Assembly (NCBI RefSeq): GCF_006345805.1
Contig: NW_021832700.1
Location: 1 to 29,827 of the forward strand
Length of the DNA: 29,827 bases
Direction: 5' to 3'
Origin: Octopus sinensis
Lineage: Eukaryota
A program made the translations under genes and the position numbers. This document shows, one piece after another, positions 1 through 9,834 of this stretch. Each line of letters starts with the position of its first letter. Within the stretch, counting starts at the first letter, position 1. The notes beneath the pieces were generated by a model, which was not told the DNA's origin, made no database searches, and saw only the letters and a list, made by a program, of their open reading frames with translations.

Positions 1-212
1 TCACTACACATTTTGCATTTGTCACACTCAGCTGTGTTGCCAATTCTGCACTTCACATAGTTCGTCTTTAGCGTTTGCTCTTGTACCGCGCATGTAAGTG
101 CTTTTGTCTCTATCTTCAGGTCATTCCTCAGTATCCATAGCCACTGGTCTTCGGTATCTGCCTTGGCCTCCGTATCTCTTGCAAACTGACCGTGCTATTT
201 TCCTTCCATGCT
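1..212 (-). mobile_element. R4/Dong-type non-LTR retrotransposon fragment (region just before the CCHC knuckle), running off the window
   Basis: Manual minus-strand translation HGQFARDTEAKADTEDQWLWILRNDLKIETKALTCAVQEQTLKTNYVKCRIGNTAECDKCKMC. It parallels the HGKY...QWLRSSGLKAESEGFILAAQDQSLSTRNY...CRFC segment of the element at 25147-27261. Confidence 0.8.
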
Positions 213-234
213 ATTTCTTTTTTTTTTTTTGTAA

Positions 235-400
235 GGCGTAGGAGTGGCTGTGTGGTAAGTAGCTTGCTAACGAACCACATGGTTCCGGGTTCAGTCCCAC
301 TGCGTGGAACCTTGGGCAAGTGTCTTCTAATACAGCCTCGGGCCAACCAAGGCCTTGTGAGTGGATTTGGTAGACGGAAACTGAAAGAAGCCCGTCAGAT
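235..400 (+). mobile_element. SINE family A, 5' half (tRNA-like head)
   Basis: ggcgtaggagtggctgtgtggtaag...ggttccgggttcagtccc, with A-box-like TGGCTGTGTGG and B-box-like GGTTCAGTCCC. Near-identical to 2054-2215. Confidence 0.85.
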
Positions 401-406
401 ATATGT

Positions 407-476
<70 letters not shown>

Positions 477-600
477 TTGTGTGTCTGAGTTATGTATGTA
501 TGTATGTATGTATGTATGTATGTATGTAGGTAGGTAGGTAGGTAGGTAGGTAGGTAGGTAGGTAGGTAGGTAGTAGGTAGGTAGGTAGGTAGGTTAGGGA
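401..600. repeat. Compound microsatellite (TA)n(TG)n(TATG)n(TAGG)n
   Basis: Directly visible; starts where the internal microsatellite of SINE A normally lies. Confidence 0.95.
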
Positions 601-1451
601 GTTAGGTATATTTGCATCTATACGTGAGTCAGCGAGTGTGCTATGTTATGTATTTATAGATACATTTGCGCTTGGATATAAACATAACTACATAGGAATA
701 CATATTCGCATGCATATTCTTATATACAAATATTAATAAGTTTACACGCTCACAAGTACTACTGAGACCAGGGCCGACTTTGCAGCATTATAGGCCTCCG
801 AGCAAATCAGTGCAATGGGTCCTGTAGTATATGTTTATTGAGACCAAACCACAGCATAATATAGATTAGAATTGGGCCCATAGACTCGTGAGATCCCCCG
901 AGAAATTATCCATGACTTGCGACGGCACTGGCTCAAGCACATGTATGCGCCTGCGCACACGCACTCCATCAGTCGAGGTGAAGAGTTTTTGACACCAAAG
1001 GGGAACAAATTTGTGCGAGCGGGATAAAATATAAAAGTAAATATAAAAGAATTTCTAAAAAAAAGTAATAATAATAATAGTAACGAAACAGAAACCCTTC
1101 TTACATGACGGCTAAAGGATGGTATATTGGAAAGCAAAAGGAATGGACATGAAGAAATTTCTAGGGAACACTTGAATGCGTGGAATGTGACGGTTGAAAT
1201 AGTGTTTACGCTATGGAGTTACATCCTGTTTATTTTATCAGCGGTCAAGCTATCTTTTACATAGAGATGACATCCACTGAAATTAACCAGGGTACCACCA
1301 CGGTCCATCATCATCCGTAACTCTATACAACTACTGCACTAACCACTATATCGCCATTGTCGTACCTCTGTATATTGTACGCACCGAGTACGAGGTTGTC
1401 AGATAAATTCGTTCGTTTCTTTCCCCCCATTTTTTTTTTTCAATCTTTTGT

Positions 1452-2005
1452 CTCTTACTTGTTTCTGTCATTAGACTGCACTCATGCTGGGGAACAGCCT
1501 TAAAGGGTTTAGCCGAACACATCGAACCCATCACTTATTTTTTAAGTCTGGAAATTATGGTACTATTTAAAAAGAGCGGTTCCGGTGCGCGCACTCGCGT
1601 AGTCGCGTATCCGCGCTAGCTAGTCGTGACTAGTCGATCCTACAACGACTACCTAGCAAAGTAAATAAAGCACAAAATAAATAATTTTTTTACACAAATT
1701 AAATAAAACACAAAACCACAAAGTAAGGATCGACAAGTCACGACTAGCTAGCGCGGATGCGCGAATATGCGAGTGCGCGCACCGGGACCACTCTTCTTAA
1801 ATAGTACCGAAATTATTCTATCGGTCTCTATTGCCGAACAGTTAAGTTACGCGGACTTAAACAAGCGAAGACTGGTTGTCAAGCGGTGACAAACACAAAC
1901 ACAAAGAGGTGCGCGCGCACACACACACACACACACAAAGATATATGATGGGCTTCTTTCCGTTTCCGTCTACCAAATCCATTCACAAAACTTTGGTTGT
2001 CCGTT
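1452..2005 (-). mobile_element. SINE family A, diverged and 5'-truncated, interrupted by a MITE
   Basis: Matches other minus copies (acttgtttctgtcattagactgc..., tctatcggtctctattgccgaac..., gggcttctttccgtttccgtctaccaaatcc). Confidence 0.8.
1559..1808. mobile_element. 250-bp MITE with 83-bp TIRs (5'-GGTACTAT...) and 8-bp TSD; Merlin-like
   Basis: TIRs 1559-1641 and 1726-1808 match at 76/83 positions by manual alignment. Identical TSD gaaattat at 1551-1558 and 1809-1816. Superfamily assignment rests on GG termini plus 8-bp TSD. Confidence 0.9.
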
Positions 2006-2053
2006 GACTTGAAATGACGTCAGCGTGACAATATAAAGTTACAGAAACAAACA

Positions 2054-2460
2054 GGCGCAGGAGTGGCTGTGTGGTAAGTAGCTTGTTTACCAACCACATG
2101 GTTCCGGGTTCAGTCCCACTGCGTGGCACCTTGGGCAAGTGCCTTCTACTATAGCCTCGGGCCGACCAAAGCCTTGTGAGTGGATTTGGTAGACGGAAAC
2201 TGAAAGAAGCCCGTCGTATATATGTATATATATGCGTGTGTTTGTGTGTTTGTGTGTCTGTTTGTCCCCCTAGCATTGCTTGACAACCGATGCTGGTGTT
2301 TTTATGTCCCCGTTACTTAGCGGTTCGGCAAAAGAGACCGATAGAATAAGTACTGGGCTTACAAAAGAATAAGTCCCGGGGTCGAGTTGCTCGATTATAG
2401 GCGGTGCTTCAGCATGGCTGCAGTCAAATGACTGAAACAAGTAAAAGAGTAAAAGAGTAA
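2054..2460 (+). mobile_element. SINE family A, full length (~400 bp)
   Basis: tRNA-like head, internal (TA)/(TG) tract, conserved 3' half ending gcagtcaaatgactgaaacaagtaaaagagtaaaagagtaa (8-nt tandem tail). Confidence 0.9.
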
Positions 2461-2694
2461 GTTCAATACCTCCAAACGCCGAATTTTACACTATCGATAG
2501 CACTGGCTATAATGAACTGAAAAGATTATTTCCGGAAACCACAACACCTGCAGACAGGAAAGAGGAGGGTGGAATTACACCTTCGTTCCTTTTAAATCAG
2601 TAAGTTTTCATAACAATTAATTTTTACGTTCTCGTTTAAACCCGGTTGTTTAAATGTACGGGCAAGACTTCCTTTTGTACCCCTCTGCCAAACA

Positions 2695-3075
2695 TACCTT
2701 TTTATAAATTTGATTTTTTTTTCTACATAAAGCCCCGTTTTCGGCTACGGAAAATACGAATCAGCAAAAATCGGCATTTTGAAATTAACCTCCCTAATTT
2801 TTTCATTTTTAACTTTTTTAATTTATTTATCTTTTTTTTCCCCAAAATATGCGGAAAAATACGGAGATTATGATTCTGGAAAAAATTTCCAAAAATTTTC
2901 CAAGTTAAGGTTAGGGTTAGGGTTTTAAGGTTTTAGGGTTAGGGTTAGGGTTAGGGAAAAAAGTGAAAAAAATGAAGAAATTGGGGGAAAGGGTGCCTAA
3001 ATTTCAAAATGCCGATTTTTGGCAATTTTCCCGAATCTCCGGAAAAATAAAAATATAAATTTGTGAGAAAATGGG
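2695..3075. mobile_element. Imperfect foldback element enclosing telomere-type repeats (putative non-autonomous DNA element)
   Basis: Perfect 22-bp inverted repeat at 2765-2786 / 3000-3021 (caaaaatcggcattttgaaatt), extended by imperfect arms at 2791-2820 / 2957-2990. Outer limits uncertain. Confidence 0.6.
2905..2956 (+). repeat. Interstitial (TTAGGG)n-like array
   Basis: ttaaggttagggttagggttttaaggttttagggttagggttagggttaggg. Confidence 0.85.
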
Positions 3076-3153
3076 TTAAAATTAGTTAATATATATATGT
3101 ATGTATGTATGTACATAGATACATATAAACGTACATCTATCTATCTCCCCCCC

Positions 3154-3194
<41 letters not shown>

Positions 3195-3542
3195 ACGACG
3201 TAAGAAATTTGTAAAGCTAAACGCGAAACCGGTCATTTCTTCTAAACTATGTCATTGTAAGAAAAAAATTTATAATATTCTTCAGACATATTGACTCAAA
3301 TATATATTTTTTAACCTTTTTTTTAAAACAAGCCTTCTGTAGTCTTTTCACTTTTTACTATTTCTATATATTCAACCACGTGCTTCACAAACCAACTTTC
3401 TCATCTATATATATATATATATATATATGAGCAAAATAAGTAACTCAGAGTAGTACCAGTGACATATATTTGAATAATGTAGTCAAATACATGTATATTA
3501 AATGCCATACAACAAGCAATTTTGATTTATTAAAATAATCTT

Positions 3543-3897
3543 CACCTTTTGATGATGTACCACAATTACCAAACTTTTCGATTCACTCATAAACACTTCT
3601 ACGCGGTAGTGCACTGTCCCTATATTGTGCTAAAAGCCTTCGATGGATTTCAGTACCTCACACACCTTCCCACCAGAGAAATTGGATCACTGCTCTTTGT
3701 TCTTCTTTGGTGCACATTGTTAGTGGAATGGCCATGCTTACACTGTAAAGCCAGAAAGAAAAATGGTGTGATCAGGCTCAAACTTCGATCACGTGACCAC
3801 AACAGTACCAACTACAAGTACGCATGCGCAGAGGACAGTGTGACAGTAATAAAGATGTCATGGCGAAAGTGCGGATTATCATTGACTTCCCTTCGTG
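3543..3897 (-). mobile_element. Mariner transposon 5' fragment (TIR, 5' UTR, N-terminal HTH of the transposase)
   Basis: Minus strand begins (c)acgaagggaagtcaatgataatccgcac, a mariner-type TIR. From ATG 3735: MAIPLTMCTKEEQRAVIQFLWWEGV*GTEIHRRLLAQYRDSALPRRSVYE*IEKF. Confidence 0.85.
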
Positions 3898-3974
3898 TGT
3901 GTGTATGTGCGTCTGTGTGTGCGTGTGTGTATGTACGTATGTGTGCGTATATAAATATATAAATATATATATAT

Positions 3975-4226
3975 AGTGGTGGTACGTTGTCAACTTAGTG
4001 TGACAGTCCCATGAAAGGGAGTAATACTACTACTATTTAGCCCTACGAAGCACCGCTTCTTGTCGGCCATGACACATTTCCTGTGTCCTTATGTTTACAA
4101 GGGGAGAGATAAGGACACAGGAAATGTGTCAACGCCGACAGAAAGCGGTGCTTCCTAGGGCTAAATAGCAGTAGCATTATTCCCTTTCATGGGACTGTCA
4201 CACTAAGTTGACAACATACCACCACT
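3975..4226. repeat. 252-bp long inverted repeat (118-bp arms, 16-nt loop)
   Basis: Arms 3975-4092 and 4109-4226 differ at 9 positions by manual alignment. Confidence 0.92.
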
Positions 4227-4264
4227 TTATCGTGTTACTACTGTATAAATCTCTCTGAGAGATT

Positions 4265-4283
4265 TAGAAATGTATTGTGTGTG

Positions 4284-4355
<72 letters not shown>

Positions 4356-4386
4356 CGTGTGTGTTATATATAATATATATATATAT

Positions 4387-4432
<46 letters not shown>

Positions 4433-4470
4433 TATATATATCGTGTATGTGTATATGTATATATTTATGT
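4265..4470. repeat. (TA)n/(TG)n compound microsatellite
   Basis: Directly visible. Confidence 0.95.
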
Positions 4471-4622
4471 GTGTTTGTGTCTTTGTCTCTGTGTTGTCCC
4501 CGTCATCGCTTGGCAACCGATGCTGGGGTGTTATGTCCCCGGTCGATTTCTTCGACTAAAACCCTTGAAGGCGGTGATCCAGCAAGGCCGCAGTCAAATG
4601 ACTGAAACAAGTAAAAGAGTAA
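4470..4622 (+). mobile_element. SINE family A, 3' half with internal deletion
   Basis: ttggcaaccgatgctggggtgttatgtcccc...gcagtcaaatgactgaaacaagtaaaagagtaa. Confidence 0.8.
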
Positions 4623-5274
4623 TATATATATATATATATATACTTATACCCCAGTATCGCCGCTATTCAATAACTGAAAACAAGTGAAAGATAAAAGAAT
4701 TACGATGCAAATTATTCTGTCAAAGAGGAATGTGACAAAGCACTAAATCTTGAATATACCGGTGAGAGTAGGGGAAACAGGAGCACTGTTGGATCCTTTA
4801 TTTGCAGTATCTAATAAAAATAAACGAACATCTTTTTTACCCTCGGCTTGCCCAATACTTTGTAAGTATGGTGGACGGAAAATATACAGAAACTCGTCGT
4901 GAGGATAGTACGAGTAATTCAAAAGATACATGCTTGTCACACTGCATCACACTGACACTGCCTGTAAGAAAATTACGTTAAGAGTTAAGAGTGGACGTAT
5001 CTGTGGAATATTCGGCCCATTATTCAATGAGCAGGTTTTCGGTTGATCAAACAATTAAATACTCATCGTCGATTGACGGAGATCTGACATCACCTACTTC
5101 TGAGGTTCTACTAGCTAGGAAACGTATGTATCCTGGATTTTACCTGCTCCATTCCTTAAATTTGTATGTTTGTGTGTGTACATATATATATATATATAAT
5201 ATGTGTTGTGTGTGTGTGTGTATGTGGTGTGTGTGTGTGCGTGTGTGGTGTGTGTGTTGTGTTGTGTGTGTGTG

Positions 5275-5460
5275 CATCGTTGACGATTTTGTTCCCCCCG
5301 TCTTCCCTTCCTTGGATCTTTCCTTTTTCTGTTTCTGACGAAGAGCTCCGCTCGAAACGTTAAATCCTTCTTCTTCCCTTCCTTCTTGAGCGTCCAATAA
5401 CACTATAATTATTTCACGTCCTCGAGTTATTGCGATTTCTCTTGTGTTTTCATGTTTGGA
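5275..5460 (+). mobile_element. Probable Penelope-like element terminal region
   Basis: Contains ctgacgaagagctccgctcgaaacgtt, the CTGAnGA...CGAAACG signature typical of PLE pseudo-LTR ends. No ORF support in the window. Confidence 0.45.
5330..5366 (+). ncRNA. Minimal hammerhead ribozyme-like motif
   Basis: CUGACGA core at 5335-5341, stem II gagc/gctc, GAAA, palindromic aacgtt, and a short uuu/aaa stem I. Confidence 0.45.
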
Positions 5461-5464
5461 TTAA

Positions 5465-5466
5465 CT

Positions 5467-5498
<32 letters not shown>

Positions 5499-5500
5499 TA

Positions 5501-5543
<43 letters not shown>

Positions 5544-5600
5544 ATACATACATACATACATACATACTCATACACATACACCACACAACACACACACAAA

Positions 5601-5636
<36 letters not shown>

Positions 5637-5763
5637 AAATTATATATGTAAATTACATGTATATGTAAATAGACAGACAGACAGATAGATAGGTAGATAG
5701 ATGGATAGATAGATAGATAGATAAGCTTGGAGGTTGGTAAGTAGATATACATATACACACGCT

Positions 5764-5795
<32 letters not shown>
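5465..5795. repeat. Compound microsatellite (TA)(GA)(TACA)(TG)(GACA/GATA)
   Basis: Directly visible. Confidence 0.95.
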
Positions 5796-5796
<1 letters not shown>

Positions 5797-6104
5797 TAAC
5801 CAAATGTTGCTTTCACCACCTCATACCCGCTCTTACACAAATCACTCTCACTCAACCTATTTGATATAGCAGCTACATTTCTCACAAATTACACTGAAAA
5901 TATCTTACATTATTGAAGGGTACATTGAACCGTGGAGCTCCGTTGTAAATAAGAAGAGACGAGATGACATGTATGTGGGATAATTAAGATAATTAAGATA
6001 ACAATAACGATAACATATTAATGGGATAATGAAAATAACTAGCACAAACACCCAAACTTCGGACTGTGTTACTGCTAATAATTTTAATTATCACACAAAT
6101 CTCA

Positions 6105-6111
6105 AAAAAAA

Positions 6112-6170
<59 letters not shown>
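6105..6170. repeat. Poly-A followed by (GA)n
   Basis: Directly visible. Confidence 0.95.
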
Positions 6171-6174
<4 letters not shown>

Positions 6175-6667
6175 AAAGACTATATTCACATTTGTTCGAT
6201 AAGTATTTCAAATGCAGCAAGAACACATGCTTTCAATATTAGAAAAATCCTATTAGGGGTTTGATCGGTAATATAATGGGATATGGCTATGTGTTTGGAT
6301 AGGATAATTTCACCTCCAATCAAGTATTTCTGTTCCACTCTCCCCTGAACTTTCTCCCATAACCCATATTGTTTCCCACACGCTCTCGTGGTCCCACACT
6401 AATTATTACACTCGGCTATTTCTTCACACAACATCGCTCCTCTTGAATCCACCTCACTGACTCTTGTTCGTGTCTTTATCCTAAGTACTAACATACATGA
6501 GGAACGTTAATAGCATTCATTTTTATTGGTCTAGCAAACCCTTCGACGGGCCTCGAGTACTACCCTTTACCCAGGATCCAGAATAATAAAGAGTAATGTT
6601 TACAAATATATACGATCCACTTTTCTACTTTGTACAGAAATGAAATTTAGACAGAAACGATAAACAG

Positions 6668-7020
6668 TTGTAGCTGAATGTTTAAGAAGCTTGCTTCCCA
6701 ACAACATGGATTTCGGGTTCAGTCCCACTGCGCAGCACCTTGGGGAAGTGTCTTCTACTATCGCCCTGGTCGATCAAATGGTCTGTGAGTAGATTTGGAA
6801 ACTGAAAGAAATCCATCGTATTTATTAAATGTGTGTGTGCGCGCGCGCGCGTTTCAGTATGTATGTAGATATGTATGTGGTGTGTGTGTGTATGTGTGTG
6901 TGTCCCCGCCTGTAACTGAGCGATTCACCAAAAGTGATCGATAGGATAAATACCAAGTTTTTTAAGAAAAATAATTCTCGGGTCGATTTGTTCGAGAAAT
7001 ACTTTCGTGGTGGTGTCTTA
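6668..7020 (+). mobile_element. SINE family A, old diverged copy
   Basis: aagaagcttgcttcccaacaacatggatttcgggttcagtcccactgcgcagcaccttggggaagtg..., then a TG tract and a degenerate 3' half. Confidence 0.7.
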
Positions 7021-7419
7021 AAATTAATTAAGATATAATATGAAATAAAGTGATTTTATGTTTATTATTAATTATTTAATTAATTATCCTACCGAGTAGG
7101 ACTATGCCTTTCTTCTTTCCTGAGTCAATGAAATAATATGTAGTCAATAATTAGAATAAGGATAACTAAATATAAAATACCAAATATAAATTGGGAAAGG
7201 GGAAATAAAATTACAGGAAAATATCATTTTTCATTTAACAACCATAAATAATAAAACAATGAAGGCGTGTGACTTAGCGATTAGAAGTGTTCTATTTATA
7301 ATTATGTGACCGTCAGTTTTATTTCTGAACTAGGCGACAAGTTGTTTCCTTGAGCAAAGAATATTATTGCGCGTCGCTCTAGTCTACTTAACTAAAAATA
7401 AGCATCTTCTCTCTTCCTC

Positions 7420-8652
7420 CAACTGATACATACTAAATGCAAAATTTGGAGGTGAAAGTGAGTTACTTTGGAAAATGCCAAAGTTCATGCTTATATTGTT
7501 TGATGCTAAATAACTCCATTAGAATGATATAAATGGAGATTCGTGTTCCTCTATCACATATTACGCTTCAGAAAGTTTGGAAATTACAGAAGTTTTGAAG
7601 ACGTCCAGTGAATTCAGGATCCATGGATGCAGTATGCTGACAAAAGCCCTTTTATAATCAATCCATGCGGAATTGAGATTTCTGCGCTTGTTATGACAGC
7701 TCTCAAGGATCATGCGATTAACTAATGATTGATCTTTGCATCCATATTAACTTCGTCGGTACCCTTTTTATTCAATGAAGAAAATATCGCTCTGTTCTAT
7801 AAATGCATGTTTCATCACGAGAATAGATTTCATAAGTAGTGAATAAAGAGGTTATGGGCTGATAGTTTTTTGAACTTTTGGTTTTATTATTCTTTAGGAG
7901 TAGATAAGTAATACCATTTGCTAACCAACCTTGTGTTTTCTTAGGATCTCTCATAATTTCATTGAACAGCTAGACTAACTTTTAGTTTGCGCGCGGGAAC
8001 GATGAGAGCAAGAAATTTGGTACCCTATCTTTACCCTGGGACTTTCCCTTATGAGTTTTTGTAAATGTTATAACTGTTATCCTTATGTCTGCTATTGCGA
8101 TGTCTTCTCATGCTTGTTCCTGTAAATTTTGGTAGGATGCTTCTTTGCGTCTAACCCAATCTGCGGTTACATCGTATGTTTTTTCATCACTTTAAATCTT
8201 TTTCCAAAAGTTTTCTTCTTTCATGGAATGGTTATTTTCTTCCTCCCATGGTCTCTGTAAAATATTTTAACATTGTATGTAAGCAGCTTATTTTGCTTGT
8301 AAAAATTGTTTCTTTTGTCAAGTCTTCGCATTCTTTGAGCATTTTGCTCGGACATTTTGTTTCTGTGTTTCTTCTCTTGATGAAAAATCCATATTTTCTC
8401 TCTTTTTTTTTCCTTTCTGGATCTTACATCATTTCCAGAGATTAGTTAATTTAAAATTGATATTTCCTCTCTCATTAATTCTTCTTCAATTTTACTTCTC
8501 CAATTCGGTTTTCTTCTCAAGATTGTTTTTCTTTTTTTTCTTTTCTTTTTTTTTTTCGAAGACATAACTTGTTTTAACTGCCCAGGTAGATGCGTAAATA
8601 ATTTGACTTAACTCAGTAAGATTAGGTTTTAATTTTTCCTAGCTATCTTTAT

Positions 8653-8655
<3 letters not shown>
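7420..8655 (-). mobile_element. Decayed R4/Dong-type LINE (N-terminal region through early RT)
   Basis: ORF 7772-7954 WLANGITYLLLKNNKTKSSKNYQPITSL matches the RT 'G.T.LLPK...NYRPITCL' motif. 7450-7742 aligns at DNA level with 26970-27261. 5' end abuts a trinucleotide array. Confidence 0.85.
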
Positions 8656-8984
<329 letters not shown>

Positions 8985-9540
8985 GAGTGAGAGAGCAGTG
9001 CATGCCATCAAAATGACACTGGGGTAAAATATACGAAGCCCAGTATACCCATCATGACTACCCGTCTGATAAGGGTACACCAGGCACATGCATCACAACC
9101 ATATGTGTGCAACATGGTGATCTCATATCAAGATAAACAGCGCATGACCTTGCAGGTGGGGCCCAGTTAGAATTTTCTTCAGGTCGAATAGCCCATCCCG
9201 CTCAAAAGGTCCCTCAATAAGGGCTGTTTGAGGATGTTGAATGAAACACTCATGTTTACAAAGATGAATTATCCAAGCCCCAAAGAATTCCTCTCAACAC
9301 ATGACTATGATGCTCCCCCACTACTTCTGCTCGTGATCAGAGATGCACATATCGTCAGCCACTAAGGGACATGCTCAACTGGTTAAGGTCAAACAACTGA
9401 CAAGTAAATTTGTGGTATTGACCTGTATATTTTCTGTAGCCCATCTTTTATACCAAGACAAAACAATGTACATGATAACACTTCCAAGCAGTGAAAATCA
9501 GAAACCATGAGCCCCTGCCTGGTACTGCATCAGGGCATTT
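8985..9540 (-). mobile_element. ~550-bp non-coding interspersed element 'X', copy 1 (sense 3' end ...gctctctcactc + AAT-type tail)
   Basis: Colinear with 24466-24996 and the reverse complement of 11336-11872. Confidence 0.9.
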
Positions 9541-9600
9541 ATTATTGTTGTAGTTGTTGTTTTTTGTCGTCATCGTCGTCGTTACTGTTGTTATTGCACA

Positions 9601-9830
9601 AGGCGGCGAGCTGGCAGAACCGTTATAGCACGCTGAGCGAAATGTTTGGTATTTCGGCCGTCTTCACGTTCTGAGTTAAAATTCCGTCGAGGCCGACTTT
9701 GCCTTTCATCTTTCGAGGTTGATAAAATAAGTACCAGCCGAGTATTGATGTCGATGTAATCGACTTACTCCCTCCCCCAAATTTCAGGCCTTGTACCTAT
9801 AGTAGAAAGCATTGTTATTATTATTATTAT
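9601..9830 (+). mobile_element. SINE family B, full length, with (TTA)n tail
   Basis: Head ggcggcgagctggcagaaccg, B-box-like gagttaaaattcc, core gactttgcctttcatctttcgaggttgataaaataagtacc, end ggccttgtacctatagtagaaagc + (tta)n. Confidence 0.8.
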
Positions 9831-9834
9831 TGCT

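Noticed and set aside
769-930. hAT-like MITE (cagggccg ... cggcactg)
   Set aside because: Only 7/8 terminal match and no matching 8-bp TSD.
2054-2130. tRNA gene
   Set aside because: A/B-box-like motifs are present, but I see no complete cloverleaf or pol III terminator, and the sequence continues into the SINE body in every copy.
2905-2956. True telomere or chromosome fusion site
   Set aside because: The array is short, single-orientation and enclosed in inverted repeats, with no head-to-head TTAGGG/CCCTAA junction.
3785-3832. Housekeeping promoter (CACGTGAC E-box plus CGCATGCGCA)
   Set aside because: It lies inside the 5' UTR of the mariner fragment, between its TIR and ATG.
4743-4940. 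ORF MTSMYLLNY...
   Set aside because: No recognisable domain and no convincing splice signals.
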